A stretch of 64,000 nt of DNA from Nitrospinaceae bacterium (GCA_965237905.1 OZ250172.1:1568001-1632000); one strand, 5' to 3'; shown: positions 48,122 to 58,242, numbered from the stretch's first letter. Numbers and translations: made by a program. The notes: generated by a model not told the origin, from the sequence alone.

Positions 48122-48529
48122 ATGAACCTCACCGATAACGTCATACAGGACACGACAGTGTCCAAGTTTGCAGACAACCAAAGGAATATTGAGGCCATTT
48201 CATCCGTCATCCAGATTTATAGCGAAGGCGGACGCCGGGGCGATGCGGCGATCATGAAACGCGCGTTTCGTAAAAACGCGACGATCCACGGGTACATTGG
48301 CGGCGGCCTGCTTGCCGGACCGATCCAGATGCTGTTCGACTGGGTCACCGAAAATCCGCCTGCCCCGAATCTGGAGGCCGAAATCGTCGACATTGATCTC
48401 GCGGAAACCGTTGCCACTGCGCGGGTCGAGATCGCCGACTGGCTTGGATTCCGCTTCACGGATCAGTTCACGCTGTTGAAGGAAAACGGCGCATGGACAA
48501 TCACGTCCAAAGTGTTTCACGCTTATTAA
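48122..48529 (+). CDS. NTF2-like (putative lumazine-binding family) protein
   Basis: Y..G...GD...M..AF, FTD.F.LLK..G.W.I..K.FH. Confidence 0.82.
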   Translation: MNLTDNVIQDTTVSKFADNQRNIEAISSVIQIYSEGGRRGDAAIMKRAFRKNATIHGYIGGGLLAGPIQMLFDWVTENPPAPNLEAEIVDIDLAETVATARVEIADWLGFRFTDQFTLLKENGAWTITSKVFHAY

Positions 48530-48578
48530 TTAATGATTGCTATTAACAAAACAAAAACCAATTTAAAGGAGATCAGCC

Positions 48579-49460
48579 ATGACTAAAACCATCCTCATCA
48601 CCGGCGCATCTACCGGTTTTGGTCGCGACACCGCCGAGACTTTGGCGCGCGCCGGCCACCAGATATTTGCTTCGATGCGCGATCCGGAAACGAAAAACCG
48701 AACTCACGCAGAAGCCCTCAGAAATCAAAACATCGAAGTAGTCGAGCTCGATGTCACCAACTCTGAATCGGTCGATCGCGCTGTCGCCACAGTTATTGCA
48801 AAGGCAGATCATATCGATGTCCTAATTAACAATGCTGGAGTTTTAATGGCCGGTGTTTCGGAAGCATTCACACCCGAGCAAGTGAACGCGCTGTTCGATG
48901 TCAACGTCATCGGGCTCCATCGGGTAACCCGTGCGGTACTGCCGCACCTCCGTCGCCACAATGACGGCTTGATCATCAACATTGGCTCCGTTCTCGGTCG
49001 CGTTACTTTCCCATTTTTCGGGCTTTATGGTGCCAGCAAGTTCGCGGTGGAGGCTCTGACCGACAGCTACCGCTACGAGGTCTCACAGCTGGGAATCGAC
49101 GTTACTCTGGTGCAACCCAGCGCCTATCCCTCACAGTTGTTTGACAGTGCAACACTGCCAGCAGATACGGAGCGAACCACGGAATACGGTACCGTGGGAG
49201 AGATCCCTGACGCCATGTTCCAAAATTTCAACACGATATTGTCAGCGCCTGGCGCACCCGACCTTCACGATATCGCCGAAGCGGTCGCCAAGCTGATCGA
49301 CACTCCCAAAGGTGACCGGCCCGCGCGAACCGTAGTGGGCGCCAGCTATGGTGCCGATACCGTGAACGATGCGACAGAACCTGTTCAGGCGGCCACTGTC
49401 GAGGCACTCGGACTCGGCCATCTTGCGACGGTACCGGGCGTGCTTGCGAAAAGCGCATGA
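48579..49460 (+). CDS. SDR-family oxidoreductase
   Basis: TGASTGFG, NNAG, YGASK. Confidence 0.94.
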   Translation: MTKTILITGASTGFGRDTAETLARAGHQIFASMRDPETKNRTHAEALRNQNIEVVELDVTNSESVDRAVATVIAKADHIDVLINNAGVLMAGVSEAFTPEQVNALFDVNVIGLHRVTRAVLPHLRRHNDGLIINIGSVLGRVTFPFFGLYGASKFAVEALTDSYRYEVSQLGIDVTLVQPSAYPSQLFDSATLPADTERTTEYGTVGEIPDAMFQNFNTILSAPGAPDLHDIAEAVAKLIDTPKGDRPARTVVGASYGADTVNDATEPVQAATVEALGLGHLATVPGVLAKSA

Positions 49461-49494
49461 TCACACGTTTTTAATTTAACAAAGGAGATGAACC

Positions 49495-49932
49495 ATGACG
49501 ATTACAAAAAAAGTTAAAGCTTTGGATTTAAATGTTGCCGTGCCGCGAAGTTCGAAAGACACACTGGCGGGTATTGTTCATCTGCCGCGCATGATCGATA
49601 AAGCGCGCGCTCTCAGGAATAACACCCTGGGGGAATACATTTATCCCTGCCCGCTCGACCGGCACGTTTTGAACTTTCTGGCAACAAACGCGGAGGATTT
49701 CGCGGATTTGGCAGAAGTGAACGACAATGGGCAAATAGCCGAGTGGGCCGAAGAAACCGGCTGTTTCCGAAACGCGAAGGAACGGGATCTTTTGAACGGC
49801 AAAATCCTGGATAGAAAACCGGACGCCGAAACCATGGCTGAATTCCTGGGCCAGAGAAACCAGATCGATCTCACCCGCACGGATGTAATCACCTGGGCCG
49901 ATCTTAGGGACCTGGAGGAAGGCCATATTTAA
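49495..49932 (+). CDS. DUF5069-like protein
   Basis: PRS....LAG..HLPRMIDKARA.....LGEY.YPCPLD, DLEEG. Confidence 0.8.
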   Translation: MTITKKVKALDLNVAVPRSSKDTLAGIVHLPRMIDKARALRNNTLGEYIYPCPLDRHVLNFLATNAEDFADLAEVNDNGQIAEWAEETGCFRNAKERDLLNGKILDRKPDAETMAEFLGQRNQIDLTRTDVITWADLRDLEEGHI

Positions 49933-49961
49933 TGACGTGCGAGTGAACTTAGGAGGGGATT

Positions 49962-50357
49962 ATGTCATCGATTAATATCATTGAAACTTTTTACCGTGCA
50001 TTTCAAAACCAGGATTACGATTCATTCCGCGGCATCTGTTCCGATGATGTGGAATGGATACAAAACAAGGGTTTTCCAAATGGCAGCCACAATCATGGAG
50101 CCGACGCCGTCATTAACAACGTTTGGAAACAATTTGGAAAAGACTGGAGTTATTTTAAATTTCAGGTTGAGGAAATATTTGAATCCCAGGACGGATCCAA
50201 GGTAACCGCCATCGGCGCCTATCTCGGGGAGCATAAACAAACCCTGAAAACAGTAGAGGCCGCGGCGGCGCATATTTTCGATATCGATCATACAAAAATT
50301 AAACGATTTCGGCAGTTTACCGACACGGTGTTGATCAAGTCCGCCACGGAAAGATGA
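49962..50357 (+). CDS. SnoaL/NTF2-like protein
   Basis: FY.AF...D, DV.W....GFP, KI.RF.QFTDT. Confidence 0.85.
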   Translation: MSSINIIETFYRAFQNQDYDSFRGICSDDVEWIQNKGFPNGSHNHGADAVINNVWKQFGKDWSYFKFQVEEIFESQDGSKVTAIGAYLGEHKQTLKTVEAAAAHIFDIDHTKIKRFRQFTDTVLIKSATER

Positions 50358-50450
50358 CTTATTGATTTAAATGGGCAACCTTGACTGGTATGTTGATGGG
50401 AAACATCATTATGTCCGTCGTTTGAACAACTGCTCGAAAGGAACACAGTC

Positions 50451-51161
50451 ATGAAATTTTCCATGTTGCCGCTACTGTACCTGATTCAAATCGTGGCGAT
50501 TTACAGAGTGACCAAAAATACATATGATTCGGGGCAAATCAGCGCAAACCAAAACAAGCAGATTATTCTCATTCTGGCTGCTCTCACTTTATGGGGAGGT
50601 TTGAGCACCTACTTAGGGTTGAGTGGTTACTATCAAAGCGAAGGCTTCCTAAGCTCGCTCCCTGGGTTGTGGATTACACAACCTGCTGTCTTGATCGTTA
50701 TCATTCCCTGGCTGGCTTCAAAAAATTTGCGCCAGGGAATCAATAGCATCATTGATCACACTCCACTTTATCTAATCATGGGCTTCGAAGGATTAAGGAT
50801 CTTGGCCATAGGCGGTATTCTCAAGGGTTACAAGGGTGAATTTTCTTTATTTTATGCCCAGTTTATTGGAATTCCAGATTTTCTTTATGGAGTGACAACT
50901 TTGATCGCGGCGGTTTTAATTTATAAAAGAGTTTGGAAAGAGAAGTCGGCGATTATTATTAATTTAATTGGTTTTATAATTATTGTTCCGTTTGGGACGG
51001 TATTAATAAATGTAGGGTTACCGGGGGCGATGTATATGATTGAAGAGACCCCCAGCTTGAAAACTATTTTTGAATTTCCTATGGCTTTAGCGCCCACTCT
51101 GGTCGTTCCTATATTTGTAATGATCAATTTGTTTGTGGCCCTGCGATTGATCAAACGTTAG
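50451..51161 (+). CDS. AT-rich polytopic membrane protein
   Basis: About 7 TM; R....G, G..D...G, FP..L.PT..VP pattern. Confidence 0.72.
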   Translation: MKFSMLPLLYLIQIVAIYRVTKNTYDSGQISANQNKQIILILAALTLWGGLSTYLGLSGYYQSEGFLSSLPGLWITQPAVLIVIIPWLASKNLRQGINSIIDHTPLYLIMGFEGLRILAIGGILKGYKGEFSLFYAQFIGIPDFLYGVTTLIAAVLIYKRVWKEKSAIIINLIGFIIIVPFGTVLINVGLPGAMYMIEETPSLKTIFEFPMALAPTLVVPIFVMINLFVALRLIKR

Positions 51162-51208
51162 CGCAGGGAACCTACGCGAACTTAAATTGCTCTGAAAAGG
51201 AGAACACA

Positions 51209-52207
51209 ATGAATAAAGTAGCAGTTAAATGGTTGGTTATTGCAATAGCAATTTTAATCGCGGGATACGCTTGCGACTCGAACACCGGTACGGTCGCTAA
51301 TAAGAATGCCTCATCGGTTAACAATGAGGAACCCCTTGGGAACCATGCCACGCTTCACAAAACGATTGAAGTGAATGGATTGAAAATATTTTATCGTGAA
51401 GCCGGTCCCAAAAATGCCCCGACCCTCTTGTTGCTGCATGGGTACCCCACTTCATCGCACATGTTTCGCAATCTCATAGAAGATTTGTCCCATCATTATC
51501 ACTTGCTTGCTCCCGATTATCCCGGATATGGCAGAAGTGAACAGCCGCCGATGGCCGATTTTGCGTATACGTTCGATAATATGTCAAAGATTGTGGAAGG
51601 CTTTTTAAAAGCTTTGAACGTAGAGAAATTCAGTATTTACCTGATGGACTACGGCGCTCCCATTGGTTATCGAATTGCGGCAAAATATCCGGAACGGGTG
51701 GAGTCCCTGATCGTGCAAAATGGTGGCGCTTACGAGGAAGGTCTCAGGAAATTTTGGGACCCTATCAAAAAATACTGGAATGAATACACGGTTGAAAATG
51801 GCAAGGCCCTGGAAGGATTCCATTCTCCTGACGGATTGAAATGGCAGTATACGCATGGCGTGCAGAATGTTGAAAAAATCAGTCCTGATAACTGGACTAT
51901 TGATTTACAACATTTGACCCGGCCTGAGAACAACGCCATCCAGTTAGCCATGTTCTATGATTATCGCACTAATGTTGCTCTTTACCCGAAATGGCAGGCC
52001 TATCTCCGCAAACATCAGCCGCCAACTTTGATTGTCTGGGGAAAAAATGACCACATCTTTCCACCGGAAGGAGCACATGCTTACAAGAAGGATTTAAAAA
52101 CCATCGATTTTCATTTGCTCAATACAGGCCATTTTGCTTTAGAGGAAGAGGGAGATGCCATTGCGGAACATATTCTCCGGTTCTTGGCCAAGCACAATAT
52201 CAAATAA
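51209..52207 (+). CDS. alpha/beta hydrolase (epoxide hydrolase/dehalogenase-like), probable lipoprotein
   Basis: LLHGYPTSS, APDYPGYG.S, Asp nucleophile DYGAP, WGKND, TGHFALE; GYAC lipobox-like. Confidence 0.9.
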   Translation: MNKVAVKWLVIAIAILIAGYACDSNTGTVANKNASSVNNEEPLGNHATLHKTIEVNGLKIFYREAGPKNAPTLLLLHGYPTSSHMFRNLIEDLSHHYHLLAPDYPGYGRSEQPPMADFAYTFDNMSKIVEGFLKALNVEKFSIYLMDYGAPIGYRIAAKYPERVESLIVQNGGAYEEGLRKFWDPIKKYWNEYTVENGKALEGFHSPDGLKWQYTHGVQNVEKISPDNWTIDLQHLTRPENNAIQLAMFYDYRTNVALYPKWQAYLRKHQPPTLIVWGKNDHIFPPEGAHAYKKDLKTIDFHLLNTGHFALEEEGDAIAEHILRFLAKHNIK

Positions 52208-52423
52208 GAAAAAATAATCTGATGGATTTTAGGTATTAATCATTAACCGTACCAAGGAGTAGCAATAACATAAAATTCAAATAATTAGACCTGATCTGTT
52301 GCTAAATAGGGAATCGGGACCATATTAAGGAAATAGTAATTCTATAAGACCCGGGAGCCGGGCGAATTCTTGATTTCTGATCTGCCTTCCGGGCCCAACC
52401 ATGCCGCAATTGGAGGCAGTATT

Positions 52424-52846
52424 ATGAATATAAAATTTTCTATTCTATATATTCTTATTGTAATAATGGTTGTTGGAGCGCCCACAAGCCTTTGGGCGGG
52501 GGATATGGGCACCAAGGTGGAAAAAGTCCGCATCATCGAACCGGGAGAAGCCGAACGGTGCGCTAATGACTTTTTCATAGATAATATCGGCAAGGAGGAT
52601 GCCGATCTCAAAGTGGTTCTCGGCAACAAGGTGTATGTGAGTGAGATCCTGCAACCGGGAGAGAAAAGGGCATTTGATCTGCCCGCGACCATTAACGTAG
52701 CCCGACTCCGGGGAAGAGAGAATGTGTCGTTCGACGACATCGCCGTCATCATCAATCTCGGTCCGAAAGCTCATATGCGCGTGCGTTGTATGGATCTGAA
52801 GGAAAATCCTTTAAAGAGAAAAGACCCGTTGGCCGTTTTTAAATAA
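52424..52846 (+). CDS. hypothetical exported protein
   Basis: ggagg RBS before ATG 52424; signal peptide; two Cys. Confidence 0.68.
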   Translation: MNIKFSILYILIVIMVVGAPTSLWAGDMGTKVEKVRIIEPGEAERCANDFFIDNIGKEDADLKVVLGNKVYVSEILQPGEKRAFDLPATINVARLRGRENVSFDDIAVIINLGPKAHMRVRCMDLKENPLKRKDPLAVFK

Positions 52847-52925
52847 GCGGACCGGGTAATACCGGAGCTTAATTTTAAACCTTGGCATGCAGAAGCTAAC
52901 GGTTCTATTTGTTATGGTGCCTCAG

Positions 52926-53633
52926 CTAAGCTGGCCCTGCGCCTAGTAGCTCGTGGAAAGATTGCACCCGGGTGACGGCTTCGCCATTGTGGTGGCCTTT
53001 GCGGTCGATCAGGATGGAATGCATTCCGACATTGCGCGCGCCTTCAATATCGGTTGCCGGTTCGTCGCCGATGTGACAGGCCTGCTCCGGCGGCACTCCC
53101 GCACGTTGCAACGCTTCTTTGAAAATTGCGGCGTCCGGTTTGGCGGAACCGACCACGGTGGAGGCCAGGATAAAGTCGAAGTAAGGTGCGAGGCCCGTGT
53201 TCTTAAGAATTTCCGGCAGGCGGGAATCCCAGTTGGAAACCACTCCCAATACGATCCCATTATTTTTCAATTGATCGAGCAGGCCCGATTCGGTGACGTC
53301 CTCAAACACCCGCCAGCTTTCCTTACTACGGAATACGTCATAAATGTGATCGAAGTAGCGGTCGAAATCATCAAGACCGCCATGCGACTCGAACACCCGG
53401 CGCACCAGCTCCTTCCAGAACGCCCGCTCCACTTCCAGGCCCTTTTGTGTGCCCAGGGATTCCATGCCTCCCATGTTGGACCACTCCTGACGGAACTCAC
53501 GGTTAAGATCGTCCGCACTGCCAATAAAGCCAAAGTCCCGTGCGTGGGTGGCATACACGTCACCTACAGAGGGATGAACGCGGAGCAGGGTGCCCCCGAC
53601 ATCAAAGAACACGGCTTTATAATTTTTCAGCAT
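52926..53633 (-). CDS. HAD-superfamily hydrolase (IA)
   Basis: FFDVGGTL, VVSNWD, KPD..IF, HIGD....DI.GA. Confidence 0.93.
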   Translation of the reverse strand: MLKNYKAVFFDVGGTLLRVHPSVGDVYATHARDFGFIGSADDLNREFRQEWSNMGGMESLGTQKGLEVERAFWKELVRRVFESHGGLDDFDRYFDHIYDVFRSKESWRVFEDVTESGLLDQLKNNGIVLGVVSNWDSRLPEILKNTGLAPYFDFILASTVVGSAKPDAAIFKEALQRAGVPPEQACHIGDEPATDIEGARNVGMHSILIDRKGHHNGEAVTRVQSFHELLGAGPA

Positions 53634-53775
53634 GAGACGGTATTTTTAAAAATAGAATAACCCGAACACACGATAGCAACGTGCGCATTTGGACGGCGAA
53701 GTGCCGACACCGGGGTCGTAAGACCCCGGTGCCTCTGATTATAGCACTTGGAGAAGAGGAGGTAATTCCGGAAAG

Positions 53776-54039
53776 TTAGCGCCTTTCCGGCATCAGGTTA
53801 ATGATGGCCAGCAGGATACTGCCGAGTCCAACTGCGGCGGCTCCCGACCAGTAGAAGGCGTTCTGACCAATCATTTGGAGAAGGTCCGTTTGGTACAGGG
53901 TGTATACCCAGTACATTGAAGACAAATAAACAAGAAACAAAGCCGTTTTATAATGCGACCAGAGAATGCTTAGCCCCAGCAAACCGAGCACGAGAACGAT
54001 CATGTCAAGGGTGACGGCGCAATTCGTAACGTCAAACAC
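53776..54039 (-). CDS. small membrane protein, paralogue of 54075-54362
   Basis: 3 TM; shared W...K, YW.Y, T.L.QM...N. Confidence 0.65.
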   Translation of the reverse strand: MFDVTNCAVTLDMIVLVLGLLGLSILWSHYKTALFLVYLSSMYWVYTLYQTDLLQMIGQNAFYWSGAAAVGLGSILLAIINLMPERR

Positions 54040-54074
54040 GGTAGTTTAATCTCCCCGAAAATAAACCGTCCGTT

Positions 54075-54362
54075 TTACCTGTTGGAAGAAGGTAAACCCC
54101 AAGCATAAAGCAACAGAAATCCCAAAAACAGACCGAGAAACAGGGTCCAAAAAATACCGTAGACGTTGGTCATGGCCATCTGAAACAATACCGTTTTATT
54201 AGCGGCATATTCCCAGTAGGCAAAGGTGCCCAGCGAAAGAAGCATTCCTATTTTCATACGGCCCCAGATAGCCCCCAAGGCCAGAATGCCAAAGCTAATA
54301 ATCATTTGACTCATGGTCAGAGAAAAATGAAGTTGACCTGCCAGTGCCTGCAACGCTTCCAT
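54075..54362 (-). CDS. small membrane protein
   Basis: 3 TM; ggag RBS; sigma-54 promoter upstream. Confidence 0.68.
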   Translation of the reverse strand: MEALQALAGQLHFSLTMSQMIISFGILALGAIWGRMKIGMLLSLGTFAYWEYAANKTVLFQMAMTNVYGIFWTLFLGLFLGFLLLYAWGLPSSNR

Positions 54363-54423
54363 TTTCTTTCACTCCATACATTTCAAGAGGTTATAGAAAA
54401 AATTCGGAAATCTTTTATAACAA

Positions 54424-54440
54424 AGCAAACACCGTGCCAA
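54424..54440 (-). promoter_or_regulatory. sigma-54 promoter
   Basis: Minus strand TTGGCACggtgtTTGCT, consensus -24/-12; IHF-consensus aatcaataagtta at 54570-54582. Confidence 0.8.
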
Positions 54441-54720
54441 AAATATTACACCAAACTAAAAAGATGCAATTTTCAGTTACCCACTGTAAATCGCTTATTA
54501 GAAAGGATTCATATTGATGTAAAAATGTATAAAATATTAGCTATATGTATTTATTGTATTATTTTTTTTAATCAATAAGTTATAACGTATATTTTTTTAC
54601 AATTTTTACGAGGATCAGATCAGAAATGCGCAAAATTGAGGAGATTTATCCTGCTAATAGCATATTTATCAGATAATTAAAAAACTAGCGGAAACCGAAA
54701 TAAAGCTAATGAGTGGATTT

Positions 54721-55467
54721 TCAATATTTTTCGGGTTGGGATTGGTATAGACGGAGCGCTTCTTCGTAGTCTTGCTGTGTATCTATTTCTATGCATCCCC
54801 CGCTTGGGATAGGGTAGGGAAGGATTTCATTATGGGGAGTGATTTCATTGAAGATGATTTCCCAGAGTGCCTGAATGAAACGGGCTTCCTCTCTGTCATA
54901 AAGAGCCACTATGTTGCGCGCCACGGTCTGGGTCAGCATGAAAAATCCGATTGCCTCACCTGCCATCTGAAACTTCGATTTTTCTTCCTTCGTTAAATCC
55001 CGCTTGGTCACGAACGATTCAATGGTTTGATCGTCCCGCAATAGCACCTTGGTGGCCTCGGTATCATCGATGTCCACGGGAGTGACTGCAAAGGAGGAGG
55101 GTTGAGATTGCCGAACATATTCTTCCAAGGCCGCCCGCGGATACAGCACGTCCCCGTCCATCACCAGGATTTCACCTTCCCGGTTTTTCAGCCCCATCAC
55201 CAGTGACAACGTATTGCCGGTGGTTTCGTACCGGTCATTATCCACGAACTCGACCGGCATATTGAGATTCAGGCTTTGGGCATAGCTTTTAACCGCCTCT
55301 TTATTATACCCCACGACCAATACCGTCTGCTCCATCCCAAGCGACTCCAAAACGCTGAGGTGGCGGGACAACAGGGTTTCATCCCCAAAGGGCAAAAGAC
55401 ATTTATGCGGAATATCGTCGCGCTTCAGACGCGACCCATAGCCGGCCAGTAGGATCACTGCTTGCAT
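54721..55467 (-). CDS. nucleotidyltransferase (phosphocholine cytidylyltransferase/LicC-like)
   Basis: AVILLAGYGSRL....PHKCLL, VVGY, MDGDVLY, EIDT..DY. Confidence 0.82.
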   Translation of the reverse strand: MQAVILLAGYGSRLKRDDIPHKCLLPFGDETLLSRHLSVLESLGMEQTVLVVGYNKEAVKSYAQSLNLNMPVEFVDNDRYETTGNTLSLVMGLKNREGEILVMDGDVLYPRAALEEYVRQSQPSSFAVTPVDIDDTEATKVLLRDDQTIESFVTKRDLTKEEKSKFQMAGEAIGFFMLTQTVARNIVALYDREEARFIQALWEIIFNEITPHNEILPYPIPSGGCIEIDTQQDYEEALRLYQSQPEKY

Positions 55468-55594
55468 CGGGCATTCCTTCAAAAAACGCGGAAATCCTGA
55501 TGTTGTATCAGATTTTAAATTTTAAAAGGGAAATTTTTAAAAGACAGGAAGGGGGTTTATCCGTAGCAACACAATCAGACCACCGAACAGATTT

Positions 55595-58012
55595 CTAAGG
55601 ATCTTGAAGGAAGGACGATTCCAAATTCATCTTGCCGGAAAATTTTTGGCTGACCCAGCCGGATTGACCATCCTGAAGTTCAACTTGATACCACTCGTCC
55701 GTTTCTTCCAGCAGGGGCCGCATATCCCCACTTTTCAAACTACCCATCACTGTGCCCTGCGAAGACGGCACGGAACGTACATTCAAGGAAGATCCTTCCG
55801 GAACCTTGATCAGGACCACCGTAGTTACCATCTCATTCGATTGTCGAGCCGAAGTCTTAGAGCTCGTCTTTTTTGCTTCCGGCACAGGCAAGGAAGCTTT
55901 TGTAGTCCCCCCTTCCAGAACGGAGAACTTTTTACTGATCCAGCCGGTGGTTTCGTCTTCAAATTGAACCTGATACCATTCGCCCTCTTCCTTCACCAAA
56001 GGCAGTTTATCTCCCCCGAACAGCATGTCCACTATGGCGCCACTGGCAGACGGAAGGGAGCGCACATTCAGAGTCGAGTCTTCCCCCACAGTGACAAGGA
56101 CCATAGCATCTGCAGACGGCTGTTGATCCGATTGATCAGGTTCAAGGGGAGCCAATTCGCTCGTCATATCTTCTTCCGGCCCGGGCAAAGAAGCCTCCGA
56201 AGAAACACTACGGGTGGTTGAAAACTGTTTGCTGACCCAGCCGGACAATTCTTCTTCAATTTTAATCCTATACCAATCCCCTGATTGACCCATGAAAGGC
56301 ATCATGTCGCCATTTTCCAGATAACCCAGAATTTCACCTTGCGTTGAGGGCTGTGCCCGTACATTCAGCTTCCCCCCTTCACCCATCTGGACCACCACCA
56401 TCGTGTTCGAGGCATCCATGGAGACCGCGGGGGTTTCCAATGCTTTAGCAGGAGGAGGCGAAGGGATGAGGGCCGCCACGGTTTCGGATATGGTCTCCTG
56501 GCTTATTTTTTTCTGTTCTTCCGGCTCCGGTGTAGAGGGAGCCTCCTCTACCGGAGCGCTTTCAGCCGGGGCTGTTTCCTGTTTCGCATCTTGATCCCCT
56601 GGGTCGACGCTGGCGACCTCCATAGGCTGTTCTTGAGAACTTTCCTTATCCTCTTGCATCTCCTCGGCAGGCTCAGGCGGTGCCTGTTCTGCGCTTTCGG
56701 CATTGGCGATTTCTTCCCTTACGATGCGCGCAATTCTTTCGCTTTCGGACTCACCGGTTTCCGGTTTAGCGTTTTCTGCCTGGGCCATTTCCGTTTCAGG
56801 TTCTTCCTGCTTCGTTTCTTCTTTGTTGGCTGGCTCGACAGTTTCTTCAGCGGCGGCAGTTTCGGCCTTCGCTTTTTCCTGCTCGGCCGCTTGCATTTTG
56901 ATATCTCCCGCCAAAGTATCGTCTGATTGGGGAACATCCATTTCCGCTGGAAGGACCGCAACTTCAGATGGTTTTAAATCGGGGAGGGTATCCAGACCCA
57001 TAGCCACCTCATCCGGTTCGCCACGGATGGGGTTGAATGCGCCCGCGACCGTGCGACTTTCCTTACCATCAGCCGGTTCCTTCGCGGTAGCCTGCTCTCC
57101 GCTGGACCTTTCGGGTTTTTCAAAATCCTCAAACGGGATAGCGGCCACTGGATCGATTTCCTGCGCCGCGGTTACATTTTCATCAGGGGTCTCCTCCACA
57201 GCGGCGGAATCCGTACCAAAAAAATCGCCCGCTTTTTTCATTTTAGCGCCTGCCGGAGGAGGCGTATAGACCGCTGTGGGACGGGAAGAACTGTATTGAG
57301 GAGGCTTTCCCGAATCACCGCTCGGATTGGTGACTGCCTTACCGGAGGAAATCCAACTTTTAGTTTGCGAAGTTGACTTGGAAACCTTATGGGGATGCTC
57401 GCCGAGATATCCCCGGGCTCGTACGGCGTTTAATCCGTCTGGAAAACGGTTGATAAAATCCCGGTAGGCGGCTGAGTTATCCGCCTTGATCACCTGCAGA
57501 AAAATCTGGTCCTCCACCTGTTCCTGCTTGAAAAGGATCGCCTGTTTTTCCTCGGGTTCGACAATCTTCTCCAACCGGGCCAGGATTCCCAGCGTCTTAA
57601 AATACTCCCGGTTTTCGTGGAGCATGCTGACCTTGAACCGTAGCGCACGGGCCAGGTTTTGTCGGATTCTCTCGTCGACCGGTTCCAACCGATAGGCGGT
57701 CTCGAACTCCTGCAGAGCTTGTGACAGCATATCCTGGGTGTAATAAATCAATCCCAGGTTGTTGTGCCCCTCAAAAGAGTCGGGGTGTTTGGCTAGGAAT
57801 GCCTTCCACAACTTGGTCGCGGATTCAAACTGTCCTTCGTTCTGAGCCTTTAAGGCCTGCGAAAACAAATTCTTGTCAGGTCCGGGTGCAACGGTTTGGG
57901 GGGCTGCAAACTGCTGATCCGTCGGCTTGCTTCCGTCGGAGGCACAACCTGAAAAAGCCAGCACCAGTACCCCCAATAAGGCGATAAGGTGTTTACTCTC
58001 AAATAGTTTCAT
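55595..58012 (-). CDS. lipoprotein with TPRs, long acidic linker and three bacterial SH3 domains
   Basis: Lipobox FSGC; TPR; three LNVR..PS..G.......G......E...WY.......GW.S..FS repeats. Confidence 0.88.
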   Translation of the reverse strand: MKLFESKHLIALLGVLVLAFSGCASDGSKPTDQQFAAPQTVAPGPDKNLFSQALKAQNEGQFESATKLWKAFLAKHPDSFEGHNNLGLIYYTQDMLSQALQEFETAYRLEPVDERIRQNLARALRFKVSMLHENREYFKTLGILARLEKIVEPEEKQAILFKQEQVEDQIFLQVIKADNSAAYRDFINRFPDGLNAVRARGYLGEHPHKVSKSTSQTKSWISSGKAVTNPSGDSGKPPQYSSSRPTAVYTPPPAGAKMKKAGDFFGTDSAAVEETPDENVTAAQEIDPVAAIPFEDFEKPERSSGEQATAKEPADGKESRTVAGAFNPIRGEPDEVAMGLDTLPDLKPSEVAVLPAEMDVPQSDDTLAGDIKMQAAEQEKAKAETAAAEETVEPANKEETKQEEPETEMAQAENAKPETGESESERIARIVREEIANAESAEQAPPEPAEEMQEDKESSQEQPMEVASVDPGDQDAKQETAPAESAPVEEAPSTPEPEEQKKISQETISETVAALIPSPPPAKALETPAVSMDASNTMVVVQMGEGGKLNVRAQPSTQGEILGYLENGDMMPFMGQSGDWYRIKIEEELSGWVSKQFSTTRSVSSEASLPGPEEDMTSELAPLEPDQSDQQPSADAMVLVTVGEDSTLNVRSLPSASGAIVDMLFGGDKLPLVKEEGEWYQVQFEDETTGWISKKFSVLEGGTTKASLPVPEAKKTSSKTSARQSNEMVTTVVLIKVPEGSSLNVRSVPSSQGTVMGSLKSGDMRPLLEETDEWYQVELQDGQSGWVSQKFSGKMNLESSFLQDP

Positions 58013-58101
58013 ATCAGTAGAATAACTGATTTTAGTTCAAGGTCAATATCTCTTGACTTGTTTTTTAATTCAAGTAACCTGACCCCTGAAAATTGAGTGG
58101 G

Positions 58102-58183
58102 AACTAGGGGTGTTATTTCGAACTGAGAGTCCATCAGGACAACCCTTTGAACCTGATCTGGTTAATACCAGCGAAGGGAAGTT
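58102..58183 (+). ncRNA. TPP riboswitch
   Basis: aggggtg..ctgaga..acccttt-gaacctgatctggttaataccagcgaagggaa upstream of thiSGEC. Confidence 0.95.
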
Positions 58184-58209
58184 AATTTATAATGTTTCAT
58201 TATAAATCG

Positions 58210-58242
58210 GCTGTAGTCCTTTCCTGGATTACGGCTTTTTTT
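58210..58242 (+). terminator. riboswitch expression-platform terminator
   Basis: gctgtagtcc/ggattacggc stem plus T7. Confidence 0.8.

Noticed and set aside
36180..52207. Prophage, ICE or composite transposon
   Set aside because: No integrase, transposase, conjugation or phage genes, and no flanking direct repeat found by eye; the lone SLT gene is insufficient.
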